DNA of 63,661 nt, filler included, from Octopus bimaculoides (GCF_001194135.2; 4 parts of 4 records of this genome joined end to end with filler, not necessarily neighbours in it), one strand, 5' to 3'. Positions 51,787 through 63,661 are shown, counted from the first letter of the whole stretch. Notes: a model not told the origin generated them from the sequence alone. A program made the numbers and translations.

Positions 51787-53991
51787 TTGCGTATCGCTTC
51801 ACACTCTCCTTCTCTTCCCCNNNNNNNNNNNNNNNNNNNNNNNNNNNNNNNNNNNNNNNNNNNNNNNNNNNNNNNNNNNNNNNNNNNNNNNNNNNNNNNN
51901 NNNNNNNNNNNNNNNNNNNNNNNNNNNNNNNNNNNNNNNNNNNNNNNNNNNNNNNNNNNNNNNNNNNNNNNNNNNNNNNNNNNNNNNNNNNNNNNNNNNN
52001 NNNNNNNNNNNNNNNNNNNNNNNNNNNNNNNNNNNNNNNNNNNNNNNNNNNNNNNNNNNNNNNNNNNNNNNNNNNNNNNNNNNNNNNNNNNNNNNNNNNN
52101 NNNNNNNNNNNNNNNNNNNNNNNNNNNNNNNNNNNNNNNNNNNNNNNNNNNNNNNNNNNNNNNNNNNNNNNNNNNNNNNNNNNNNNNNNNNNNNNNNNNN
52201 NNNNNNNNNNNNNNNNNNNNNNNNNNNNNNNNNNNNNNNNNNNNNNNNNNNNNNNNNNNNNNNNNNNNNNNNNNNNNNNNNNNNNNNNNNNNNNNNNNNN
52301 NNNNNNNNNNNNNNNNNNNNNNNNNNNNNNNNNNNNNNNNNNNNNNNNNNNNNNNNNNNNNNNNNNNNNNNNNNNNNNNNNNNNNNNNNNNNNNNNNNNN
52401 NNNNNNNNNNNNNNNNNNNNNNNNNNNNNNNNNNNNNNNNNNNNNNNNNNNNNNNNNNNNNNNNNNNNNNNNNNNNNNNNNNNNNNNNNNNNNNNNNNNN
52501 NNNNNNNNNNNNNNNNNNNNNNNNNNNNNNNNNNNNNNNNNNNNNNNNNNNNNNNNNNNNNNNNNNNNNNNNNNNNNNNNNNNNNNNNNNNNNNNNNNNN
52601 NNNNNNNNNNNNNNNNNNNNNNNNNNNNNNNNNNNNNNNNNNNNNNNNNNNNNNNNNNNNNNNNNNNNNNNNNNNNNNNNNNNNNNNNNNNNNNNNNNNN
52701 NNNNNNNNNNNNNNNNNNNNNNNNNNNNNNNNNNNNNNNNNNNNNNNNNNNNNNNNNNNNNNNNNNNNNNNNNNNNNNNNNNNNNNNNTATATATATACA
52801 TATATGTAAAATTTACAAGGAGTGTTCGTCAACTGACTTACTGTAATAGGTATGTGCTACGAATACTCAGTTTGGTTTACCTCTGACTCTCCTGTTTGAA
52901 CTGCAACTGAAAAGAGACTGCCTATCAATGGCGGCTAGAAGTGCAATCTCCTTGAGCGGGTGGATATGAATTAAAATAAAAATGAAAAAAATTTGGCATA
53001 ATTCGAAAAACATTTAACTTGGATAGAGAACATAAACAGATGGAATTTCTTACAGCTGTTTGTAAAATAGTGGATCATGAAATTGAGTAAAGTTTCCATA
53101 AGCTAAGTATACGGTCATCGGAAAGAGAGAAATCAGAAAAATACAAAAATGAAGAAATATCCCTAATCGCGTTTGCAATAAATGAAGAAATGATCAAAGT
53201 GAAATTTATATGCTCACATAGTTCCACGATTGAATAAATAATAAAGTTATAGGTAAAGTCCATTAGCACTCTATAGCATCATCTCAGATAAATCTCAGAA
53301 TAGTATGTCATTATTGGTCTCACCTGACCATGGTAGAGAGCTAGCGGATATTGGAGGATCAAATATTTCGTGGCTATGAAGCATTTTCCAACACATTTTC
53401 AACATAGTCAGAACTACAGCACAAAGAATGAAAAACATCTTTGTGGCAGAGTTTTGGGCACATTAACAATGTGCATTTATCATGTGAGATCTTCAATGAG
53501 GTGAGACCGAGCAATTATAGTGGTATTGAGGAATCTAGTTGCATGTTGTCTATGCTTGGTGTTTGAGTGCATGTGTGTATATAAGTGTATGTGTGTATAT
53601 ATGTGTATGTGTGTGTGTGTGTGTGTGTGCATGTGTGGAGAGATGATAATGTTTTCTCGATATATTTAGTGATTATATCCTTGTACAGCTAAAGGAGATA
53701 CGATTTATGATACTACTGAAAGATATTTTGACGGTTTCTTTTCTTGGAGTTAGTACATAATTGGTTTGAGATGTCTTCTTGCATATTGGCAACATTTGAG
53801 TAGTATAATCGACATCAGTGGCTTTGTTGATAATAGGAATCAGTCTTCGATGTACAAGAAGAGTGCAGGGTCAAACACGAACTCATGGACACATCAGAGT
53901 TGATAGAGTATGGGTGAGAAAGAACTCCATCCTTAATGTGATGTGATGGGAATGGGACGCATTGCAGCGAGCTTTCAAAGGTCAAGGCATT

Positions 53992-54031
<40 letters not shown>

Positions 54032-54256
54032 TGATGATATGGTCTAGTTATGGGATGCGTTAATTGAGCATAATGGGAAGAAGATATTCAGGACCGATGC
54101 TATTATTGTTAGTTTGAAGCAAAAGGAGATGTTTTTACCCCTGTGTCCGGGTCAGTGAATCTGGTGGACGTGCTGAACTGGAAAACGGATAGATCTTGAG
54201 ACTATTTAGCCAGGAAGTTTAGAATTTAGTATTTCTTCAGTGTTATCTTTTATCTT

Positions 54257-54460
54257 CTTTTTTCAGCCATTAGACTGTGGACATGCTGGGGTAACACCTT
54301 GAAGAAATTTTACTTGAATGGATCGACCCCAGTGCTTATTATTTTTTTAAGCTTGGTATTTATTGTATCGGTCTCTTTTGCCGAGCTGCTAGTTTATGGG
54401 GACGTTAAACAAACCAACACGGATTGTCAAGCGGGGGGGGGGGAACAAACATAAACATAC
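54257..54460 (-). mobile_element. SINE-A 3' half
   Basis: tttcagccattagactgtggacatgctgggg...tcgaccccag...tatcggtctcttttgccgagctgct...ggggacgttaaac. Confidence 0.8.
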
Positions 54461-54465
54461 ACACA

Positions 54466-54582
<117 letters not shown>

Positions 54583-56188
54583 ATACACGTAAATGTCGAG
54601 CAATGAGAATGACTGCTCAACACTGCATTGGTAGATAAAGATTCTTTATTTGTGCATTACGGCTACCATTGATTTTATGTTAAAAAGATATCTCAATAAT
54701 TCTTCAAGCTGATCACATAGAAAAATTGGCGTTTGTCACCATTTTGGATTAAAACACGAAAAAACTGAGGAAGTCGCAATAAAGTCTCGTGAAGCTGTTC
54801 GGAAATCAAAAACAAGAAATCAAGAGGTGGGCAACTCTTGGGTAAGAACTCTTGGATGATTGTCTCCCTTGGATTTGACTTTTGGAAAAAAATGTGCTAC
54901 ATGATGAGTGTTCATATTATGTAATGTACTGGGTATATGTAGTGTTCGTTATATTTGTGTATTGAGGGAACGAAGCATGAGGGCATGTGTCTTGTATGTG
55001 TGAAGTTCATATGATGGCCATATTTAATATTCATGTTCAGAGGAAAAAACCTATTCCGATTGGATCGGTGGGATGGGTGGTGGTTTCTCTTTGAAGTGTC
55101 GGAGTGTAAAACAATGAGGATCTATAAATATTGCTTATGCATACATATGCATTAATTATAGATCCTCATTCTTTCTCTAAATTCATTTTTAACGCATACA
55201 CCTATATCATAATCAAGCAAATATCCTTCCAGTTACAACCTTTCAGTTATTAATCGAACACCACTAGGCCCTCTCTTTTCACGGTTATGGAGTTATGCAC
55301 TGAGTAATAAAATATAATTATTTTAACTAGTTTGTTTCTACTTTAGTAAATCTACCCTTCTGTCATTCCTACGCAATCTTCGTTTACTCTTTATTAAGAA
55401 ATGGAACTGGGAACTTCCATTATTCCCTGCCATGGATTATCATCGAACACTCATTTGAAGCTGCCCAAAGACCTTACCTATAATTTTATTATTTATTTGA
55501 TCATGAAACTACGTAAAGCATACCTATTTTTCTCTGACCCTTCCTTCATTTTTGACAAACTGGAATATACTAATATCCTCGAATTAGGATATTTCGTCGT
55601 TTGTAGAGTTCTCTGACTTCACCCTCTCTGATACCTCATGGAATCCTTATTCAATATCATGATATATATGCTTGGCTATTCTATAAATAGCTGTAAGGGT
55701 CTCTATATGTTTATATTCCCTATTTAAATTAAATGTTTCTTTCGAGTGATGCCGAAGTTTCGCCTTTTAATTTTAATTTTAATTTATATTCAGCCGCCCA
55801 ATGAAGAAAACGCTTTTAGCTGCCTTCAATAGGCATTCTCAATACCACACTTCTCAGTTGCAGTTCAGGCCGGAGTTTTAGTGGTAAACCAAACTGAGCA
55901 GTCATAGTACATACCTACTACATTACGTCAGATGATGAAAACTCCTTCCATATTTCTATTAATAAATGTATATATGCATACGTATGCGCATATATATATA
56001 TGTACAAGTCGATTAGAGGTTGTGTTAACCTCATGAAGGGATGGTTTCATTTATCCAAGGAAATACTGGTTCAATACCTAGTATTTTGGGGGGAATTAAT
56101 TTCCTTAAAACAATTGGTATATATATAAAAACATAATTTATACACACACATACACACACACACACACGCATATATATATATATATATA

Positions 56189-56348
56189 GGCGCAAGAGTA
56201 GCTGTGTGTTAAGTAGCCTGCGTACTAACCACATGGTTCCGAGTTCAGTCCCACAGCGTGGTGCCTTGGCCAAGTGTTTCTACTATAGCCTAGGGCCGAC
56301 CGAAGCCTTGTGAGTGGATTTGATAGACGGAAACTGAAAGACACCACG
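56189..56348 (+). mobile_element. SINE-A 5' half
   Basis: ggcgcaagagtagctgtgtgttaagtagc...gagttcagtcccacagcgtggtgccttggccaagtg...gacggaaactgaaag. Confidence 0.85.
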
Positions 56349-56667
56349 GTTTTTTTGTTATATTTCTGCTGCTTTTAAATAAAGNNNNNNNNNNNNNNNN
56401 NNNNNNNNNNNNNNNNNNNNNNNNNNNNNNNNNNNNNNNNNNNNNNNNNNNNNNNNNNNNNNNNNNNNNNNNNNNNNNNNNNNNNNNNNNNNNNNNNNNN
56501 NNNNNNNNNNNNNNNNNNNNNNNNNNNNNNNNNNNNNNNNNNNNNNNNNNNNNNNNNNNNNNNNNNNNNNNNNNNNNNNNNNNNNNNNNNNNNNNNNNNN
56601 NNNNNNNNNNNNNNNNNNNNNNNNNNNNNNNNNNNNNNNNNNNNNNNNNNNNNNNNNNNNNNNNNNN

Positions 56668-56880
56668 GATATAGTGAGAATTTGCAAAAAAAAAAGAACA
56701 AGACGGGTGTGTAAACAACAAACAGATGTATTAGTTTAACGCTTGGGAAATGAGAAAGTCTTTTACGTTTCGAGCCTACGCTCTTCGAAAGAAAGGAACA
56801 CAGAAATAAACAGGGAGAGAAAATAGAAAAAGATTTAGTGGCTAGTGATCTATCATGGCGAATGCCGGACAGAGGGGTCA
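56668..56880 (-). mobile_element. Short PLE pLTR-like repeat, copy 2, hammerhead core degenerate (CUUUCGA)
   Basis: Reverse complement gtgttcctttctttcgaagagcgtaggctcgaaacgtaaaagactttctcatttcccaagcgttaaactaataca, near-identical to 27316-27395. Confidence 0.75.
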
Positions 56881-57137
56881 CACAGGAGGGTTAGGAAGAA
56901 AGAGAAAAAATAAAGTAGTGATCCCAAAACGAAGGTGCGCGTGCGGGTGTATGTGAGAGCGTGTGTGTGTGCGTGTGGAAGGGGGCTGTTGACATTGACG
57001 TATACGTGTGTGCATGTGTAGGTGTGTGGATGATGATGTAGGTGCTGGGAAGTGGTCAGTGCTAGTGAGTGCGGGGTGGTGTGATGTAGTGTGGTGTGGT
57101 ATGGTGGTGTGTGGTGTGGTGGTATGGTGTGGTGGTT

Positions 57138-57323
57138 GTTGCCCCATCATCGCGTGACAACCGATGTTGGTGTGTTTACAACGCCGTAACTTAGCGGTTC
57201 GGCAACAGAGTACAATGGAATACGTACTAGGCTTACAAAGAATAAGTCCTGGGGTCGATTTCTTCGACTAAAGGCGGTGCTCCAGCATGACCGCAGTCAC
57301 GTGACTGAAACAAATAAAAGAAT
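57138..57323 (+). mobile_element. SINE-A 3' half
   Basis: catcgcgtgacaaccgatg...tactaggcttacaaagaataagtcctggggtcgatttcttcgactaaaggcggtgctccagc. Confidence 0.88.
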
Positions 57324-57334
57324 ATATAGAAAAG

Positions 57335-57375
<41 letters not shown>

Positions 57376-57448
57376 TATATATATATATATGAGACTCAGT
57401 CTCAACTCATGGCTCACCACACCGCCCTTGCCAGAGCACGTTCTGTGG

Positions 57449-57548
57449 NNNNNNNNNNNNNNNNNNNNNNNNNNNNNNNNNNNNNNNNNNNNTTAATTAA
57501 TTAANNNNNNNNNNNNNNNNNNNNNNNNNNNNNNNNNNNNNNNNNNNN
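57449..57548. other. Artificial scaffold linker: 44 N + TTAATTAATTAA + 44 N
   Basis: Same 100-bp structure as 27444. Confidence 0.95.
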
Positions 57549-57705
57549 GTCCGAGTTACACGGTCAACTCATGGATGTGTATATGAGAAAGTGATTGCGT
57601 GAGCGAGTTGTGTGTGCGTGTGTGTGTATGTGTGTGTGTGTGTGTGTGTTTGTGGTGTCGATGGTGTAACGTTCCTACATGATCTCCATTAACTCTAATT
57701 ATACG

Positions 57706-58133
57706 TTTCTGCTCTAGGCACAAGGCCCGAAATTTTGGGGGAGGGGGTCAGTCGATTAGATCGACTCCAGTATGCAACTGGTACTTAATTTATCGACCCC
57801 GAAAGGATGAAATGCAAAGTCGACCTCGGCGGAATTTGAAATTAGAACGTAAAGACAGACGAAATACCGCTAGGCATTTCGCCCGGCGTGCTAACGTTTT
57901 TTTTTATTTCTTTATTGCCCACAAGGGGCTAATTATAGAGGTGACAAACAAGGAGAGACAAAGGGGTTAAGTCAATTACATCGATCCCTGGTGCGTAACT
58001 GGTACTTAATTTATCGACCTCGAAAGGCTGAAAAGCAAAGTCGACCTCGGCGGAATTTGAACTCAGAACGTAACGGCAGACGAAATACCGCCAAGCATTT
58101 CGCCTAGCGCGCTAACAATTCTGCCAGCTCGCC
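57706..58133 (-). mobile_element. SINE-B head-to-tail dimer (B1+B2), copy 2
   Basis: Same monomer order, tails and junction (gctaacgttt..|tatttctttattgcccac) as 34690-35112. Confidence 0.85.
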
Positions 58134-58785
58134 TTTTCTTTCTTTTGCTCTGTTTAAAGTGCGACTAAGCTTGTTTCTTGTGTGCAATATTTGTGACAAG
58201 CATGATATAAGCGTGATACCGCACCATCTGATTCTAACAGGACGATGGGATATATTATATTGTATCTTAATGAGTCAGTCTCAATTGATTCTCCGTAATA
58301 TACTAACAAAAACTTGAATTCTTTTCTTCCCTCCTAAATCTTGTGGCTTTGCTTTCATTTCTCTTTCTCTCACGCTCGTTTTCTTCCTTTCTTTTTATGT
58401 TTCTTTTTCTGGTTTACTGTTGTCACACCTGCCGCTTTTGTCGCTTATATTTGTTGATATTTCTCTGGTTCACGTGATCTTTGGCTTCTGCTATATTTGT
58501 CGTTGTACCTGTCTTTATCCACCTCGATTGACGTCATAGGTCTACGGTGTGATTTCGACAGATTTTACTTATTTTCCTGTAAAAGTCACTTTCACGAAAG
58601 CAGGAAGCTGCTAACAATGATACAGAACACACAAAAACAACTTACAAAAAGAATGAAGAAGGAAAATTGAATGAGGATTTTTTTTTTCCTGTTAAGTACT
58701 CATGAAACACAATAGGTTTCCGTAGTCTCAAGTAGACAGCAGAACTTTGGAGCAGAGTGTACGAAGACAACTAATATGGCCTCGT

Positions 58786-59142
58786 CAATTCCAAGTACTT
58801 TCTTTTTACAATGATGGCCTTCTTCTCTGCGCATGCATTTACTGCAATATTTGATTGCCTTTCATCCTTCCAAAATAATATGCCACTCATGTGATGGGGT
58901 CGATATTATAGAAAAGCTTTCTCTTCCCATAAGCTGCTGGCATTCTACCCCAAATTAGGAATAATTATTATACGCCATGTTTAATGATTCCTTTCAATCT
59001 TCCGTGGATTGATTACCAGAAATGGTCGGCCCGAGGCTATAGCACAAGAAACTAGCACAAGGATGAAAGGCAATCAAATATTGCAGTAAATGCATGCGCA
59101 GAGAAGAAGGCCATCATTGTAAAAAGAAAGTACTTGGAATTG
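58786..59142. repeat. Perfect 84-bp inverted duplication with a 189-bp spacer
   Basis: 58786-58869 is the exact reverse complement of 59059-59142 (checked base by base). Confidence 0.92.
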
Positions 59143-59844
59143 CAGGTAACACGGTGGGACGCAAACAATGGGACTACGATGGGACACGGTGGGACGCAAA
59201 CAACGTGAGGACACGCAGAAAAACCTGGAGCTGCCGACGTTATTATTTTAGAGGTAGAAAAGCCAGATAAAAATGTTAAATCAGCGCATATGTAAATGAG
59301 AACTTGAAGTGTAACTTTGCATAATGTTACAATCTATTAATCGTGTAAAATATCTCTGGACGGCCATTAAAATGGCTGTATGTGTATCTGCAGCACCCTC
59401 ATAGATGTGGCAATAGTTGTCTATTGTGTGTCTTGCTGGAGCTTCGTGAATTGTTAGTTATTGCTGGTGATTGAAGTGTATTGTCTTTGAAGAGAAAGGC
59501 CAGAATTTCAAACGGCCACTTTACAAAGATAAGGATGTATGTTGACCAGAAGAGGTTGCAGATGATATTGAGGTGCTACGTTTGAAGCTAGTGTTCTATT
59601 ACCTCTCATTCGCGCTCAAGAGGCGGATGTAACGTACCGTAATGTTGCCTTTATATTTGTAGTGGTTATGTTGCCTTTATATCTGCAATTCTATATCCAG
59701 TTTGATTTGGTTTTCAGTAACTTAAAGTGCATCGGAAGAGAAGAAAAATAAATTATTTATAAAGAAACTTAACGGATATATTACACACCGAGTAAAAAGA
59801 GATAACGCCGACAGACAAATAACATTTGACTCGCCAAAAAAATT

Positions 59845-59975
59845 AAAAAAAACAAAAGACACAAGGACACATTAAAGAATAAAGTCTGTTAGTTATAAAG
59901 AGTCAGGAATGGCACGGTCGTAAAGTCTTTTAATTTTGTTCAGTCTGTTTCATCGAGGATGTCCTGGAGCTAACT
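59845..59975 (-). mobile_element. Short PLE pLTR-like repeat, diverged copy
   Basis: Reverse complement cctcgatgaa...aaaagacttt...attcctgactctttataactaaca...tgtccttgtgtcttttgtttttt aligns loosely with 27325-27440. Confidence 0.4.
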
Positions 59976-60169
59976 AACAAACATAGGATTCGACTGAAGT
60001 CAATTTCGAAGCCACACATTTGCAGACGGCCGAGACCTACGACTGCGTAGCCTTAGACGGGACAGAGATCATCGTTCTGTTGTCACCGCTGCCATAAGGA
60101 CCATCGTTGGCATAAATTGTATCCACATCGGCAGTAATATCGCCATTAGCCTCCACGCAGTCGTCATTG

Positions 60170-60267
60170 TCATGATGATGACGATGATGATGATGATGAT
60201 GATGATGATGATCATCATCATCATCATCATCATCATCAACATCATCATCATCATCATCATCATCATC
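60170..60267. repeat. (ATG)n-(ATC)n inverted trinucleotide microsatellite
   Basis: Directly visible; the two halves are complementary. Confidence 0.95.
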
Positions 60268-60386
60268 GTCTAAATGATATAAATCGTATACCATTTTTCA
60301 TTAACTCATATGTCCCTGTATGAACACTTGTTTCCATGACAAGAAATCTGTTGGTGGTAGACAAACTTGCCTACATCTGCATGCAC

Positions 60387-60439
<53 letters not shown>

Positions 60440-62299
60440 TACACATATGGATATAATTTACCATTTCTTTGTTTCAGCCATTAGACTGGGCCATGCTGGA
60501 TCACCATATAAACAACATATATGATCATATCTCAAGGTTTTAGGCGAAGTCGGTAAGGTGTCCCGAGCACGAAATTTTGTCAGTGAACAAGTCGCGGTTT
60601 CGAAGCGACGATAATATTTTAGTAAATTAAATTAAAATTTTGAAGTGAATCTAACGGTTTTTGCCTGTTTTTAATTGGCTTATAAACACCTTCCATGCTT
60701 CAAAACATACGTGTGCATGTTTATGGGCCTATAGTTTCCAACATACTTAGTTTATATGGACATATTGACTTAAACATACAAATACACATGCATACACTTA
60801 TAAATACACACACCAGACAGATGAATAATCACACACACACACACATACGCATTGTGTATTACTATACATAATTATTCGCATAGACAAAGACATCAGACGC
60901 GTACCCACATATACGCAGACATACACCACTCTCAGACAACTGAGACAGATGCGTAAACAGATATTTCATTGAAGAAAACACATCGTCGCCTGATGTTGTG
61001 AACAGATTTTACAAACTGATTTTCTGTTTTTTGTAGAGAAACATAATAAATCAAAACGACAACATCAACAGCAGCACTATCATCATTCTTTTCGTCGTCC
61101 TCCTCCTCATCATTATCCCCATCATCATCAAAAACAGCAACAGCAACAACAACAAAAACAACAGCAGCAGCAATAACATGATATTCTAACATTCGAAACT
61201 TATCTATAATTATATGAGATTCACCTGGAACACACTAGCACACGTTACTGTCAGAAGTATGACAGACACGAATCTAAGACGTATTTATCAGTAGTGACCT
61301 GCAAACCAGTAGCGAATACAGATTGCTAAAAGTTAGTACAATTCTCTTAGAAAATTGTAGGTTGATTGTATCGATCTCCAGTTCTTCACTGGCCATTATT
61401 TTATCGAGGACGAAATCCGAAACGTGAAAACTTCCTTAACCAAATTGTTATCACTCTTGATTATTTACCTGCACGACAGATTGGGCTTGATTTATTGTAT
61501 CAGATCTATGAAAAAAACGTATTCCTGCCGTAGTCACCCAAACATTTTTCTTTTTTGTCTTTTTACTTTCTCGTTTCTTACAGACTGAAATATGTTAATG
61601 CAATATGTTGTTTGTCTTAGACAGTAAGGTGTAATTGGAGAGAGGTTTAACTGTGACGTTGATGAATGATGCATTCTTGTTGGCTTGAATGGAAATGATT
61701 TGAATTCCCTGGTGTCAGAATAGCATGTTCCTTAAGTAAAGTCGACACATTTCGATTTGTTAAATACTCGGCTTCATTTTGAATTACCTTACAGCATTGC
61801 AATGAAATGTGGAGGCACATGGCCTAGTGGCTAAAGCAGCGCAATCGCAAGTAGAATCATTGGAGGACTAGCTGGTCCCGTACCGACAAAAAATTACGGC
61901 TATTTGTAGCATTTTACACATAAATATGGAAAGTAAATCAAACTCATACACTTGTCAACGTTATCTAGTGGTTGTCTTTTGAGATATCACTTAAATCATC
62001 CTTTGTTACTGAGAGAACGTTGGTTCACACATACAAACATTCACATACGTCCCTTGTACATGCACACACATGCACACCTATACTCACACAGACTTGAAAT
62101 GCTGTTTGATTTTTCTTTTTTTAGTGTTAAATCTTCACCATCCCACTTCTATCTCACACACAAACACACACACACACATGCATACATAGTGTATATATAT
62201 ATATATATATACATATATATATAAATATATGAATATATATATATATATGTATATATATGTATCCTATATATATTATGATTGACCGTTGACTGAACACTA

Positions 62300-62470
62300 T
62301 TCAAATCTTTTTTTTCTCCGTGTTTTTCTCCTTGTCTCCGTATTCTTTCTGTTGAAGAGCGTAGCTCGAAACGTCAAAGACTTTCCGTATTCCCGAGCGT
62401 CATACTAATATATACTTTTGTTATTTACACCACCTGTCCTCGTCTGTTGTTATTATTTGTATATTCTCCC
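62300..62470 (+). mobile_element. Short PLE pLTR-like repeat, copy 3 (different subfamily)
   Basis: ttctttctgttgaagagcgtagctcgaaacgtcaaagactttccgtattcccgagcgtcatactaat...caccacctgtcctcgtc. Confidence 0.75.
62344..62380 (+). ncRNA. Minimal type I hammerhead-like motif with variant core and GUC triplet
   Basis: UCUUU-CUGUUGA-A-GAG(CGUAG)CUC-GAAA-CG-UC-AAAGA: 5-bp helix I, 3-bp helix II, palindromic ACGU; predicted cut after 62375. Confidence 0.55.
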
Positions 62471-62482
62471 ATATATATATAC

Positions 62483-62640
62483 ACGACGGACTTCTTTCAG
62501 TTTCTGTCTACCATATTCACTCTCAAATCTTTGGTCGGCCCGAGGTTACAACAGAAGAAGCTTGTCCAAGTTTGCTCTCAGTGGGACTGAACCTGGAATC
62601 ATGTGGTTGGGAGGCAAACTTCTTACCACACAGCCTCGTC
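62483..62640 (-). mobile_element. SINE-A 5' half
   Basis: cgacggacttctttcagtttc...ttggtcggcccgagg...gggactgaacctggaatcatgtggttgg...cttaccacacagcc. Confidence 0.85.
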
Positions 62641-63365
62641 TGCTCTATATAGGTAGGTAAATGAATCGAGGGATATAACAGTAGATAATACATTGACAAA
62701 CAAACCGAAACAGACGAATGCTTATATCATGAAATGTATTATAAGATTATGAGTTTCTGTCTGAATCTTTGAATGAAATTTTATGATGATTTACATAATT
62801 CTATAACCACTGTTTCCCTAAAGGGTTCTCAAGTAAATGAATTAATGTGAAGATCTACTTAACGACTACCTAGTCAGAATTGTCTCAAGGGAATCTCTCA
62901 TCATCTAAATTTAATTGGCTCAATTAGAATATTATTTAGGAAATCAGACCTGTTATATGTATAGCCATTCTTTGAAATTCATGAAGCAATATTATTCTTC
63001 GGATCTGCAATTATCACTACAATGAGAATTGTAAGAACACTTAAACCTATAAGAAAGTATTTAGAAATAGAGGCGGCAGATCATCTGTGAAAAGGTTGTT
63101 ATCCCTGTGGCAATATTTGTAATAACCTTCAGTTGACAAATACAGAGCGCTCTTAGCTACAGTGTCTGATTAGGCACCATTCGATACATTTTGAATATTA
63201 ATGTTTTGATCATACATATATATATATATATACATAGTAACAGAAAGGGAGGAATGGGGATTATCCCCACGTGGTGAGTTGTAATATATATAGGAAATTA
63301 AAGAAGGAAAATACACACATTTTACATAGTTTTAATATAATTTTTAATATATATTGTATTGTGTT

Positions 63366-63398
63366 TGTCGACCGGTTTCGCTTTCGCTATTAATGACA
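63366..63398 (-). ncRNA. Hammerhead relic (inactive)
   Basis: UGUC-AUUAAUA-GC(GAAA)GC-GAAA-CCGG-UC-GACA: helices and the GAAACCGGUC half are intact, but CUGANGA has three substitutions. Confidence 0.35.
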
Positions 63399-63661
63399 TT
63401 AAAATTTATTTAAATACGTATTCTCTTAAGAAGAAATTTTTTGGTCCATATTGTGTGTAAACTAGATGAGTAAATAGCTCAACCAGTGGGAAAATCTAAG
63501 GGGAGGTAACTGGTTTTCTTTATTATTGTGAAAACCTATCTGCACTTCATGAGGAATATAGGTGAACGGAATTTTTATGCACGAACTAGAACTGGCAGGA
63601 GACACAAATGAATATGGGAATTGACTGACGTTTTAAATATACATATATATATATATATATA

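Noticed and set aside
53317-53509. 10-bp inverted repeat ggtctcacct/aggtgagacc
   Set aside because: Too short, and does not extend.
53650-54220. Possible I-clade LINE RNase H / CCHC remnant on the minus strand
   Set aside because: Only scattered residues match across several frames.
57294-57307. Perfect 14-bp palindrome cagtcacgtgactg containing a CLEAR-like motif
   Set aside because: It is the SINE-A tail hairpin (cagtcaaatgactg) with a 2-nt change in one copy; no evidence of function.
60037-60294. Asp/His-rich 85-aa ORF
   Set aside because: Mostly (ATG/ATC)n and degenerate trinucleotide sequence; no homology or splice support.

Overview
Eukaryotic, AT-rich, microsatellite-saturated draft-assembly DNA. 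About 5 kb is N, including three artificial 100-bp TTAATTAATTAA scaffold linkers. Repeat types and composition look like an octopus (coleoid cephalopod) genome; this is an inference. I recognise no intact host protein-coding gene, rRNA, tRNA or CRISPR array, so the window reads as intergenic DNA or a very large intron. It is built from: (i) tRNA-headed SINEs of at least three families (my working labels SINE-A, -B, -C), including two copies of a SINE-B dimer; (ii) decayed DNA transposons (four mariner relics, a Tigger/pogo derivative, several foldback/MITE-like inverted repeats); (iii) LINE fragments (R4/Dong x2, CRE, CR1, RTE); and (iv) Penelope-like element (PLE) fragments with GIY-YIG endonuclease motifs. 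The most interesting signal is a set of minimal type I hammerhead-ribozyme-like motifs: one with a canonical core (45895-45932, minus), a multi-copy short element with a shared non-canonical CUGUUGA core (27321, 62344; degenerate at 56760), one inside a 134-bp inverted repeat (17909-17972), and several relics. A perfect 84-bp inverted duplication (58786-59142) also stands out. All protein and family assignments come from manual translation and remembered motif consensus, not database searches, and element boundaries are approximate.
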